Source: Bacillota bacterium (GTDB taxonomy: Bacteria; Bacillota; UBA994; UBA5500). Taken from it: a stretch of 64,000 bases of DNA. The notes below the pieces were generated by a model. That model searched no databases. It was not told the DNA's origin and saw only the letters and a program-made list of their open reading frames with translations. This document shows positions 18,272 to 28,759 of the stretch, one piece after another; the stretch's first letter is position 1; every line of letters starts with the position of its first letter. The stretch is taken from contig JBMNFA010000006.1 in the NCBI GenBank assembly GCA_050949055.1, positions 11,759 through 75,758 on the forward strand, read 5' to 3'. The translations under genes and the position numbers were made by a program.

Positions 18272-19444
18272 ATGAAGATCAAAGTGGAAGAAATGGTTGC
18301 TGTTCTGCAGCAACAAATGCTCAGCTTCGCCAGTGACTTGGTCCGAATTGAGAGCCGCACCGGGCAGGAAGAACAGATAGTCAAGAGAATTGCTGAGGAG
18401 ATGCGTGGTCTCGATTACGATCAGGTGATCATCGATCGTACCGGAAACGTGATCGGGATCATCGGTAACGGTAGCGAGCGGCTGTTGTTTGACAGTCATA
18501 TCGATCACGTGGCCGTCAATGACGCAGATCAGTGGCAGTTCGATCCCTACGGCGGTGTGATCGCTAATGGTAAGCTATATGGCAGGGGCGCATCCGACAT
18601 GAAGGGGTCGGCTGCAGCCACTGTTTATGCGGGCGCGATCATCAAGCGGTTGGGCCTGGCCCAAGGCAAGACCATCTATGTCTGCTGCTCCGTCATGGAG
18701 GAGGATTACGACGGGGAAGGCCTTTACCGGGCAATCGTCGACAACCGGCTGGATCCCAACTATGTGGTCATCTGTGAACCTAGCCACCTGCAGATCTCCT
18801 TGGGACACTTGGGGCGTGCTATCTACAAGATCACCATGCCGGGAATCTCCGCCCACGGAGCTGCCCCAGAAAAGGGTGTGAATGCCGTCTATAGAATGGC
18901 CGAGGTCATATCCCGGATAGAGGCGTTGGCGGAGAAGTACATGCAGCTTCCCGGGGAGCGTCCCTCTATTGCCCTCTCCAAGATCGAGAGTACTGCAGTC
19001 TCTTTGAATGCAGTTCCCGATACCTGCACCGTCTACATAGACCGCCGCATGACTATGGGGGAGACTGAAGCGACTGTCGGCAAGGAGATGGATGCATTGG
19101 TGGCCGGGACCGAGGCCACTTGGTCGATCCACAACGCGCGGGGCGTCAGTTGGACGGGGGAGGAGATCGTGCTGCGCTCCTTCCTTCCCGCCTGGGAGAT
19201 TTCCCTGGAACACAAGCTGACCAAAAGCTGTATCTCGGCCTATTGGCTACTGAACAATGTTGAACCGAAAATGTATAAATGGGACTTCTCTACCAATGGT
19301 GTCGCTTCGGCAAGACTAGGAATACCTACCATCGGTTTTGGTGCCGGCATTGAGAAAATGGCTCACATGACCAACGAATACTGTCCTGTATCGGATATTG
19401 TCGCTGCGTGTAAATTCTATGTGATGCTGGTGCACTGTCTCTAG
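18272..19444 (+). CDS. M20 family metallopeptidase (ArgE/DapE/YgeY-like)
   Basis: HIDHVAV...GRGASDMKG metal-binding motifs, 390 aa. Confidence 0.8.
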   Translation: MKIKVEEMVAVLQQQMLSFASDLVRIESRTGQEEQIVKRIAEEMRGLDYDQVIIDRTGNVIGIIGNGSERLLFDSHIDHVAVNDADQWQFDPYGGVIANGKLYGRGASDMKGSAAATVYAGAIIKRLGLAQGKTIYVCCSVMEEDYDGEGLYRAIVDNRLDPNYVVICEPSHLQISLGHLGRAIYKITMPGISAHGAAPEKGVNAVYRMAEVISRIEALAEKYMQLPGERPSIALSKIESTAVSLNAVPDTCTVYIDRRMTMGETEATVGKEMDALVAGTEATWSIHNARGVSWTGEEIVLRSFLPAWEISLEHKLTKSCISAYWLLNNVEPKMYKWDFSTNGVASARLGIPTIGFGAGIEKMAHMTNEYCPVSDIVAACKFYVMLVHCL

Positions 19445-19505
19445 CTGAATCCTGGCTGGAGGCGGTGTGGAATATTCTGGGCATCACGTGGCCGGAACAT
19501 AAAAA

Positions 19506-19545
19506 TAAGCCTGGACTGCAATCAGCCAGGCTTGTTTTGTTCACG
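19506..19545 (+). terminator. intrinsic terminator aagcctgg-N11-ccaggctt followed by gttttgtt
   Basis: Hairpin plus T-run after the M20 gene; the convergent MATE gene ends at 19547. Confidence 0.6.
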
Positions 19546-19546
19546 G

Positions 19547-20938
19547 CTAGACCTTCGTGGCCTTCCAGTGGCCAGATCTGAAACGGAAGTAGATGAACGC
19601 GGAACGGGTGCACTGATCGATGGACATAGCTGCCCAGGCACCGACCAAACCCCAATGAAAGACGGTGACAAACAGGAATGCTAACGCAATGCGCACTCCG
19701 ATGGTGCCAACAAAGGTGGAGATCAGCGGCCAGCGGGTGTCACCGGCCCCCCGTAGAGCCCCGGCCAGGATGAACTGGGTGGACTGCAGGGGCTGTACCA
19801 GAGCGATGATCTTCAGGGCCAAAGCCGCATTGGCGATCACATTCGGATCGTCTGTGTAGAGGGAGGCGATCAAGCCGCCTCCGAAGAAGAAGATCACGCC
19901 CATGGTTGTGGCGACGATCATGCCGATGCGACGCGTTTGCCACCCATAAATCTCAGCCCAGTCAGGACGCTTGCGTCCGAGACTGCGCCCTACCAGCGAG
20001 GTGGCGGCCATGCCGAAGCCCATGCCCGGCGAGAAGGACAGGCCCATGATGTTCATTCCGATCTGATGCGCAGCAAACACCATCGTGCCCAGCCCAGAGA
20101 CAACCCGGGTAAAGGTGACCATGGCAAAGCGCATGATCACCTGTTCCAGCATGGCGGGAGCACCGATGTTGATCACTCTCTTCATCAGATCCCAGCGGGG
20201 AGTGAACTTATCCTTGATGGAGATGTGCAGCACTGTATTTCCGTGCTGGGTCACCGCCCTGAGCGCTAGGATCATGCCCACCACCCGGCTGATGGAGGTG
20301 GCCAGGGCAGCCCCGAATACGCCCCAGCGGGGGAACCCGAACAATCCGTTGATCAGGATGGCGTTGCCGACGACGTTGACCACGTTGGCGATGATGTTGT
20401 AGCGCATCGGTGTCTTGGAGTCGCCGGCGCCGCGCAACATTGCCGTAATTGCCATACCGATGGTTTGAGGGATAAAGCCCAGAGCGATCGTTCTCAAATA
20501 AGTGATTGCATAGCCCAGTGAGTCTGCCTCGGCGCCCATGAACAGGACAACCGGTTCAGCGAATACATAGAGCGCTAGAGTAGCCAAACCACCCAGCGTG
20601 CCGATGATCAGCAATGATTGTCGAGCGGCCGCATTCGCTTCTGCTACGTTTTGTGCTCCGATGAAACGCGCCACCAGAGCGGTTGTCCCGACGTTCAGCG
20701 CCATGAACGCCGCCATAGCTAAGAAAAGCGGCTGTGTGGTCAAGCCAATAGCAGCGATTGCAGCCGGCCCCACTCCGCCCACCATCATCATGTCTACCAT
20801 ATTAAACAACTGAATCAGTAGTTGTTCAACCACTGATGGCCAAGCCAAACTAATGACATCCTTGCGAGCCTGGGGAACCGTCAGTTCTTCCCTTTGCTCC
20901 AGGCCGACTGCCTGAGGTACCGCGGCCATCCTCACCAA
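19547..20938 (-). CDS. MATE family efflux transporter
   Basis: 463 aa, 12 predicted TM helices, MATE-typical N-terminus. Confidence 0.85.
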   Translation of the reverse strand: MVRMAAVPQAVGLEQREELTVPQARKDVISLAWPSVVEQLLIQLFNMVDMMMVGGVGPAAIAAIGLTTQPLFLAMAAFMALNVGTTALVARFIGAQNVAEANAAARQSLLIIGTLGGLATLALYVFAEPVVLFMGAEADSLGYAITYLRTIALGFIPQTIGMAITAMLRGAGDSKTPMRYNIIANVVNVVGNAILINGLFGFPRWGVFGAALATSISRVVGMILALRAVTQHGNTVLHISIKDKFTPRWDLMKRVINIGAPAMLEQVIMRFAMVTFTRVVSGLGTMVFAAHQIGMNIMGLSFSPGMGFGMAATSLVGRSLGRKRPDWAEIYGWQTRRIGMIVATTMGVIFFFGGGLIASLYTDDPNVIANAALALKIIALVQPLQSTQFILAGALRGAGDTRWPLISTFVGTIGVRIALAFLFVTVFHWGLVGAWAAMSIDQCTRSAFIYFRFRSGHWKATKV

Positions 20939-21152
20939 CTCCTAACTAGTTCTAATTGCTAATTTTTTTGTACCCGTTTAATATACCACCTGTCACCGGT
21001 GCAAGTCAATTCTATATATTTACTACTACGGTCAAAATGCTGCATAAACAGAGAGTCCTGGCGGTTGTGACGAGGCAACAGACTAATGCATCAGGTGCGC
21101 AAAAAGCGCCACTGCCGGCTAATGCCAGCAATGGCGCTTGGTCGCGAACGGG

Positions 21153-22229
<1,077 letters not shown>

Positions 22230-22360
22230 CTACTCAGGTCCGCTTCAACATCTATTCTCACTTGGCCGCCGTTTTCCTGCTTGCGGTTCATTTTATCTTG
22301 CCCAAATGCTGACTCTTACGCAGCACCAAACCCTTGGTTAGGCCAGCCGTCAGCTACAGG

Positions 22361-22975
22361 TCACTTGCAGACCGGCTGACGAATGATCGTCTTCAGCTTC
22401 TCCGGGGCTGTGCGGCGGGGGTCACTGAGATAGATCTCATGGTGCTTGCCGCTGAGCGTCAGTCCTTGCTCTGAGATGAACTCGTGCAGCGACTTGATGG
22501 TTGGACCTTCAGTATCGTAGGGCCCCAAATGCAGGACTTGTGCTGCTGCCCCCTCCTCAAACCGTTCCAGGCGCATGAAGGGCAGGGCAGGTAGGTCTTT
22601 GCCCTTTTTCTGCAGCCGCTCCTTGGCCAGCTCGAAATCATCCTCGGTGATGAAATCCGGCTGCACGATCATGACCGTCCAGCACCAGGCGTCTTTGTCC
22701 TGCAGGCTGAACTTGGTCATGTCAGGAACCCACCAGTGAGCCTCCAAAGGCAGCACAGTGTAGTCGTGGCTGTCTAGGCGCTGCTTGTGCATGAACTTCA
22801 GCGTGTAGGAAACGCTGTACAGCGCTTCCACTGCCTGTTGATACCCGATGGAGGTGTTGGGGTTGCCTTGACCGTCTATGGCCAGTATGTTCAGCGGCGG
22901 TACCTGCACCAGCTGCGGCGAACGGGTGGCATGATAGAGAAATCTCATCTCTTTTTTCAAGTCCAGTTTGGTCAT
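22361..22975 (-). CDS. GyrI-like small-molecule-binding domain protein
   Basis: 204 aa with the duplicated GyrI-like fold pattern; no DNA-binding domain attached. Confidence 0.55.
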   Translation of the reverse strand: MTKLDLKKEMRFLYHATRSPQLVQVPPLNILAIDGQGNPNTSIGYQQAVEALYSVSYTLKFMHKQRLDSHDYTVLPLEAHWWVPDMTKFSLQDKDAWCWTVMIVQPDFITEDDFELAKERLQKKGKDLPALPFMRLERFEEGAAAQVLHLGPYDTEGPTIKSLHEFISEQGLTLSGKHHEIYLSDPRRTAPEKLKTIIRQPVCK

Positions 22976-23164
22976 CCACAGTCCTCCTCAAGTGCTTGTT
23001 ACTTTCTTCCTGAGTTCTTGATCGCAGTCTATCACATCAGCCCGTGCGCGAGAAGCAGCCAGCAATTCTGAGCTGTGGAGTACAGCTCGCATTGCAGTCT
23101 ACGCAGCTATTGGCTCCAGTTTGACGCAGGGAGCAGGAAAATCAGGTCAAGCAATTGTACTGAC

Positions 23165-23195
23165 GAAACAGATGGGGACAGTCCCCATCTGTTTC
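23165..23195. terminator. palindrome gaaacagatggggacagtccccatctgtttc (REP family A variant with the same ggggacagtcccc core)
   Basis: Perfect 31-bp palindrome immediately after the splB stop. Confidence 0.65.
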
Positions 23196-23200
23196 TAGTT

Positions 23201-24235
23201 TCAGACCAGGTAATCGATCACCGCTTGGGGAAAGAGTTCTGCGATCGTCGTTTGAAAGAACTGCCGGACTTGATCATAGGTATCCTGGGGGTAGACATAC
23301 TTGCCATAGCCGAATTGGCCATACTTGTATCTGCGCTCCTCATCCAGCATCGGCAGCCTGCTGTTCGGATTGCGGTCTAGTATGTTGCTTCTTGCCCTGG
23401 CGGTGTACCTGTGGGTGATCAACTCAAAGGTAATATCAGGGTTTTCTGAGCCCATCTGCTCGGCCAGCCCCGTGAGCATCTGCCGATAGTCATCCTGCCA
23501 GCCTGGGTAGATGAAGATAGGGGCTATCAGGAACCCGAGGGGATAGCCTGCCAACCCTGCCTTCCGCGCGGCTCGGATACGATCCACCAGTCTTGGCGTG
23601 CCACGCTCGAATCGCCCGATGATTTGCTCCGTGTTTAGGCTGAAGCGAAAGCGAGTGTGTCCGCTATGCTCAATGTCCAGCAGCGAATCGACATTGGTGA
23701 ACTTGGTGACAAAGCGGAAACGCCCGTTAGGCTGATCGGCGAAATAGGCGATGGCAGTCTTCAGCGCGTCGCTGTAGTCCTCTACGGCCAAAGGGTCGCC
23801 GGTAGCAGCTCCCTCGAAGATGGTCTGTTCCGGGAGACTTGCCTGGATGTATTCGCCTGCTTTCCCCAGCACTTCCTCGATGTTTACGTAGATCCGCACG
23901 TAGGGCTTCTTGCCTAAGGTGGTGTTTAGGTAGCAGTACTCGCACTTCCCCGGACAACTGGTGCTTAGCGGTAATTGAAAATGAGCGGATGGCTTGCAGG
24001 TGGCGAACTCCTTGCTCTTTCGTACTCCCACCACCAGCGTTCGTTTGGCTTCCTCGTACATTTCCCAGGCTGTCTTCCCGGGGATCCCAGTTACCCGATT
24101 ATGGGAAGACGTCTTGCCCAGTTCCACCCCTGATTGCTGAGAAAACAAGCGATATAGTCGCTGTCCTCGCTCATACTCCAGAGCCTGAGGTTCGAAGATC
24201 ACTCGCTTCGGCTTCCATTGATACATCCAGCTCAC
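23201..24235 (-). CDS. splB: spore photoproduct lyase (radical SAM)
   Basis: CPGKCEYC radical-SAM cluster motif and conserved SplB family sequence along the full 344 aa. Confidence 0.85.
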   Translation of the reverse strand: MSWMYQWKPKRVIFEPQALEYERGQRLYRLFSQQSGVELGKTSSHNRVTGIPGKTAWEMYEEAKRTLVVGVRKSKEFATCKPSAHFQLPLSTSCPGKCEYCYLNTTLGKKPYVRIYVNIEEVLGKAGEYIQASLPEQTIFEGAATGDPLAVEDYSDALKTAIAYFADQPNGRFRFVTKFTNVDSLLDIEHSGHTRFRFSLNTEQIIGRFERGTPRLVDRIRAARKAGLAGYPLGFLIAPIFIYPGWQDDYRQMLTGLAEQMGSENPDITFELITHRYTARARSNILDRNPNSRLPMLDEERRYKYGQFGYGKYVYPQDTYDQVRQFFQTTIAELFPQAVIDYLV

Positions 24236-24285
24236 CTCAGGATCTAATCTTATCTCCGATCGGGCTGTTTACTCCCATCCCAGTA

Positions 24286-24316
24286 TGCAAAAACGGGGAC
24301 AGTCCCCGTTTTTGCA
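24286..24316. repeat. REP family A copy 3 (identical 31-bp palindrome)
   Basis: Exact repeat of 4404-4434. Confidence 0.7.
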
Positions 24317-24393
24317 TCCTCCTTGTGTGGTGCGACCAGATAAGAAGATAAGCAGCGTTCTCTCCCTAGGCCGGGGATAACCGAACCAGTATA

Positions 24394-24948
24394 ATGGAAT
24401 CACCGGATGAAGAGAGGAGGAGCCTTGTGTTACGTCTGCGACACTTGTTCCATGATCCCGATTTGGCTAGAGACATCCTTTCCCGCTGGGATTGCGATCA
24501 TCGGCCAGATTTGCTGGAGCGATTTCGCATTTCTGCCAACGCCATCTATCCCTTCGTCTGGCAAGGACAGTTGCGGTACCTGCGCTTCGCTCCTCAAGGG
24601 GAGAAGCAGGCAGAATCGATCCTGGCAGAGCTGGAATTCCTCCATTATCTGCAGAAAAATGACTACCCCTGCTTGAAACCGGTCCCATCGAAGCGGGGAG
24701 ACGAACTGGAGACAGTGGAGACGCAGCAGGGGACATATTACGCCACCGTGTTTGACGCGGTGCCAGGCAAGAGCTTAAACCCCGAGACGATGAGTGATGA
24801 GATGCTTGTCGGCTGGGGCAAGGCTCTGGGTAGACTGCACCACTTGAGCTCCAGTTACCAACCCGTCAGGCACCGGCGCCTTGATCACCTGGGGCAGCTG
24901 TTGCAGCGGCGCAGGGTCCACTTCGGTCAGTCCATTCAGCTTCCCTAA
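24394..24948 (+). CDS. phosphotransferase (APH/choline-kinase fold) N-terminal lobe only; probable 3'-truncated remnant
   Basis: 184 aa that end before the catalytic HxDxxxxN/DxG motifs. The C-terminal 25 residues are Arg-rich and look out of frame. Confidence 0.45.
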   Translation: MESPDEERRSLVLRLRHLFHDPDLARDILSRWDCDHRPDLLERFRISANAIYPFVWQGQLRYLRFAPQGEKQAESILAELEFLHYLQKNDYPCLKPVPSKRGDELETVETQQGTYYATVFDAVPGKSLNPETMSDEMLVGWGKALGRLHHLSSSYQPVRHRRLDHLGQLLQRRRVHFGQSIQLP

Positions 24949-24976
24949 GGGGTTGCTTGCCTGGCGTCAACACAAT

Positions 24977-25020
24977 ACAGCGGGACGTGTACCTATTGCG
25001 TACACGTCCCGCTCTGCTGT
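24977..25020. repeat. REP family B hairpin acagcgggacgtgtacc-N6-ggtacacgtcccgct
   Basis: 17-bp inverted repeat; other copies at 44939-44997 and 54634-54687. Confidence 0.7.
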
Positions 25021-26898
25021 GTGCCCGGCATGGGCGCTATCTACTAGGTGAAAGTCCTAAGCGGTGAAGGTAGCAGTAGCCGTAGCCTAAGGCAAGGGTG
25101 TCCACCGCGAGGTGGAATCTGAAGGAAGCCGGCGGCAAACTTCCGGCCTGAGGAACACATATCAGCTCATATGAGGCCAGTGACAGTTGGATGAGTCTGC
25201 AGCACAAGGCAAAGTCCATGCTACCGAAGGTTGTTGCTGGTAAATGAGACGGGTAGATGGAAGGAAAGATAGCGCTCTTACCCGGGGAGGCCTGCCAGGT
25301 ACGCCGACAGAGTTGGCAACCCAGACAGTGATGCCTGGCTGAACTGGCAGGAGTCAGCAGAGGCCATAGTACCTGAAGAGATATCGCTTCAGGGAAGGGC
25401 CGAACGCGAAGAAAGGAGAGCAACCGATGAGCTCGCATGGGAAGCAACGACAGCAGAAAATCCCGCAAGGGAGCTACCAGCAGGAGGAAGCAGTGAATCT
25501 GCAGGGGACTGCCGGAGCGCCTAGTTTCCCGACGGCGCGAATCGAGGAGCAATCCTGCCGGAACTGGACACATCTGATGGAGAACGTCGTATCAGAACGG
25601 AATATGAGAGAAGCGTACAAACGCGTCCTTCGGAACAAAGGAGCGGCCGGGATTGACGGAGTGGAGGTTCAGAACCTGAAACCATACCTCTGGGAACACT
25701 GGCCGCGCGTTAAGCAGGAACTGCTCGCGGGAACCTACAAGCCAAGCCCAGTCCGTCGGGTCGAAATCCCGAAACCAGACGGCGGAGTAAGGCTGCTAGG
25801 GATACCCACCGTCCTGGACCGGCTGATCCAACAAAGCCTACTACAAGTAATGAACTTCATCTTCGATCCTGACTTCTCTGAATACAGCTTCGGCTTCCGC
25901 CCTCGCCGCAGCGCGAGACAGGCGGTAACCAAAGCTAAGCAATATATCAACGAAGGCTACCGCTATGTTGTGGACATGGACCTGTCTAAGTTCTTCGACA
26001 GAGTCAACCATGACATATTGATGGCAAAGGCGGCCCGTGTAATCGGAGATAAACGAGCCCTGAAAGTTATCCGCGCATACCTCGAAGCCGGAGTCATGGT
26101 CAATGGCGTGGTACAGGAGACTGAAGAAGGGACACCTCAAGGTGGCCCGCTCAGTCCACTCCTGGCAAACATCATGCTGGATGAACTGGACAAAGAGCTA
26201 GAGAAACGGGGACACAGGTTCGTCCGTTACGCAGATGACTGCAACATTTATGTCAGAAGCAAACGGGCAGGAGAGCGAGTGATGAAGAGCATTCGCAACT
26301 TCGTGGAAGGCAAGCTTAAGCTGAAAGTCAACGAGGAGAAAAGCGCTGTTGACCGACCTTGGAAGCGCAAGTTTCTGGGGTTCTCATTCACTTCTCAACG
26401 CGAAGCCCGTATCCGAATAGCTCCTAAAACCAAACAGAGAGTCAAGGACAAAATACGGGAACTAACCAGCAGGCGCAAAAGTATGAGCATGGAAGCTCGA
26501 ATCATATCGCTAAACATGTACCTGCGTGGATGGATGGGATACTTCAAGTTGGCCGAAACTCCAAGTGTGTTCCGCGAACTTGATGAGTGGATTCGACGCC
26601 GCTTGCGCATGTGCTTGCTGAAGCAGTGGAAGAAGCCGAAAACCAGGAGGAGCGAGCTGATTAAGCTTGGCATCTCACCAGAGTCAGCTAAGAAGATTAG
26701 CGGATCACGCAAAGGTTACTGGCGACTCGCACTCACTCCACAACTAAACAAAGCCTTAGGCCTCCAGTACTGGAAGGCCCAAGGCTTATTCAGCTTAACT
26801 TCAGCATTGCCCAAAGGTTAAACTTCGCGAACCGCCGTATACCGAACGGTACGTACGGTGGTGTGAGAGGACGGGGGTTAGTCACCCCCTCCTACTCG
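25021..26898 (+). mobile_element. bacterial group II intron, class C-like (inserted directly 3' of a hairpin; RT/maturase without endonuclease domain)
   Basis: Starts GUGCCCGG right after REP-B. It contains the RT/maturase ORF. Domain V-like gaaccgccgtataccgaacggtacgtacggtgg lies at 26829-26863 and a domain VI hairpin with a bulged A at 26863-26897. The 3' boundary is approximate. Confidence 0.7.
25427..26821 (+). CDS. group II intron reverse transcriptase/maturase
   Basis: RT motifs 0-7 (...RVEIPKPDGGVRLLGIPTVLDRLIQ..., YADDCNIYV) plus the maturase X domain; 464 aa. Confidence 0.9.
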   Translation: MSSHGKQRQQKIPQGSYQQEEAVNLQGTAGAPSFPTARIEEQSCRNWTHLMENVVSERNMREAYKRVLRNKGAAGIDGVEVQNLKPYLWEHWPRVKQELLAGTYKPSPVRRVEIPKPDGGVRLLGIPTVLDRLIQQSLLQVMNFIFDPDFSEYSFGFRPRRSARQAVTKAKQYINEGYRYVVDMDLSKFFDRVNHDILMAKAARVIGDKRALKVIRAYLEAGVMVNGVVQETEEGTPQGGPLSPLLANIMLDELDKELEKRGHRFVRYADDCNIYVRSKRAGERVMKSIRNFVEGKLKLKVNEEKSAVDRPWKRKFLGFSFTSQREARIRIAPKTKQRVKDKIRELTSRRKSMSMEARIISLNMYLRGWMGYFKLAETPSVFRELDEWIRRRLRMCLLKQWKKPKTRRSELIKLGISPESAKKISGSRKGYWRLALTPQLNKALGLQYWKAQGLFSLTSALPKG

Positions 26899-26914
26899 AT
26901 ATTCGGTCGGTTTA

Positions 26915-28531
26915 CTACCAGGCGGCTACTTGGCCATCGGTGCGCGGCTCAGTGGCCGCCGCCAGCACTCCTGTCTCGGGATCGCGCCAGATGATCTCGC
27001 CGCGGCCGAAGCTGCCGGTCTCCAGCGTGCGCTGGATAACGTGGCCCTTGCGTGCCAAGGCTTGCGCGATATGGTTGGGGAAGCTGGGCTCAACCAGCAC
27101 CGTCTTGTCCTTCGTCCACTGCCAACGAGGGGCATCCAAAGCAGCCTGTGGGTTCAGATGGAAGTCAATGGTATTCATGATCACTTGCAGATGACCCTGG
27201 GGCTGCATGAACCCACCCATCACACCAAACGGGCCCACCGCTTGCTTGCCCTTGGTCAGGAAGCCAGGAATGATGGTATGGTAAGTGCGTTTGCCAGGCG
27301 CCAAAGCATTGGCATGGTCTTTGTCTAGGGAGAAGTTGTGGCCGCGGTTCTGCAATGCTATGCCGGTGCCCGGGATAACCACGCCGGAGCCAAAGCCCAT
27401 GTAGTTGCTTTGAATGTAAGAGATCATGTTGCCTTCACCGTCGGCCGCGGCCAGATAGACCGTGCCACCCTGCGGCGGATCGCCGGGTTCAGGCTGCAAC
27501 GCTGTATCTCCGATCAGCTGACGGCGCGTTTCGCCGTAGGACTCGGACAGCAGCGATTCCACGCTGACCCGCATGTGCTTGGGATCCGTAATCTGCTTCA
27601 AACCGTCTGCAAAGGCCAGCTTCAGGGCTTCGATCTGTTTGTGGTACCTTTCCACGCTGTCCATGTCCCTGAAATCCCAGCCCTTGAGGATGTTCAGCGC
27701 CATCAATGCGATCATGCCTTGTCCGTTTGGCGGAATTTCCCAAATATCGTAGCCTCGGTAATTGACACCCACCGGCGTTACCCAGTCGGCTTGATGAGCG
27801 GCCAGGTCTTCCGCCGTCAAGAAACCGCCATGCTCGGCCATGAAAGCGGCGATCTTTTCGGCTAGCTCCCCCCGGTAGAACGATTCGGCGTTGGTTTCGG
27901 CTATGGAGCGCAAAGTGGCTGCATGGCCAGGCGAACGCCACATCTCGCCGATGCCGGGAGCGTTGCCGCCGGGAGCAAAGGTATCTAGCCAAGGCTGGAA
28001 TACCGGATCCTCCAGGCTGCTGTAGCGGTTGTATCCGGCTGCCCAGGCCCGGCCCAGGGTGGGGGACAGCGGATAGCCGTTTTCTGCGTAGTAGATGGCT
28101 GGCTGCAGCACTTCTGTCAGCGGCAGACGGCCAAAGCGCTGGGAGAGGGCTGCCCAGGCGCTGGGTGCTCCGGGCACTGTCACAGGAATGGGGCCGAAGC
28201 GGGGCATCTCCTCATGGCCCAGTTCTTTCAGCTTATCGATGGATATGTTTTTCGGGGCGCGTCCGCTGGCATTCAGGCCGTGCAACTCGCCATTCACCCA
28301 GACCAGGGCAAAGGCATCACTGCCGATGCCGTTGGCAGTGGGCTCAACCACGGTCAGGCAGGCAGCTGTGGCGATGGCAGCGTCGATGGCGTTGCCGCCT
28401 TTCTTCAGGATCTCAAGTCCCGCCTGCGCTGCCAAGGGCTGTCCAGTACATACGGCGCCGTTGCGCGCGTAGACCACTGTTCTCTGCGATGGGTAGGGGT
28501 AAAACAGCGGATCATAGGTCACATTCGTCAT
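26915..28531 (-). CDS. ggt: gamma-glutamyltransferase
   Basis: GGT family throughout, including TVYLAAADGEGNMIS and the catalytic Thr region. The start is taken at the ATG at 28529-28531, which has SD ggagg 8 nt upstream. Confidence 0.85.
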   Translation of the reverse strand: MTNVTYDPLFYPYPSQRTVVYARNGAVCTGQPLAAQAGLEILKKGGNAIDAAIATAACLTVVEPTANGIGSDAFALVWVNGELHGLNASGRAPKNISIDKLKELGHEEMPRFGPIPVTVPGAPSAWAALSQRFGRLPLTEVLQPAIYYAENGYPLSPTLGRAWAAGYNRYSSLEDPVFQPWLDTFAPGGNAPGIGEMWRSPGHAATLRSIAETNAESFYRGELAEKIAAFMAEHGGFLTAEDLAAHQADWVTPVGVNYRGYDIWEIPPNGQGMIALMALNILKGWDFRDMDSVERYHKQIEALKLAFADGLKQITDPKHMRVSVESLLSESYGETRRQLIGDTALQPEPGDPPQGGTVYLAAADGEGNMISYIQSNYMGFGSGVVIPGTGIALQNRGHNFSLDKDHANALAPGKRTYHTIIPGFLTKGKQAVGPFGVMGGFMQPQGHLQVIMNTIDFHLNPQAALDAPRWQWTKDKTVLVEPSFPNHIAQALARKGHVIQRTLETGSFGRGEIIWRDPETGVLAAATEPRTDGQVAAW

Positions 28532-28693
28532 GGCATAACCTCCATCATCTGTAGGGAATAGTTCAGCCACTGTTGGCTGCTGGTGAAGATTTCTCGCTGA
28601 GCGCAAGGATCTCCTGCATCCTGCATACAGGATAAGGCGTTTTGCCTCCTGCATATTCTGCTCCATGCGAGGCTGCCATACTATGAGGAAGGA

Positions 28694-28740
28694 GACAGGG
28701 GGACGTACAAAGTGTCTCCTCGCGAGAGCGTCCCCCTGTC
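28694..28740. repeat. REP family C hairpin gacagggggacg...cgtccccctgtc
   Basis: 12-bp arms read directly; second copy at 37385-37446. Confidence 0.65.
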
Positions 28741-28759
28741 TCGGGCTGCCAGCCGCCCG

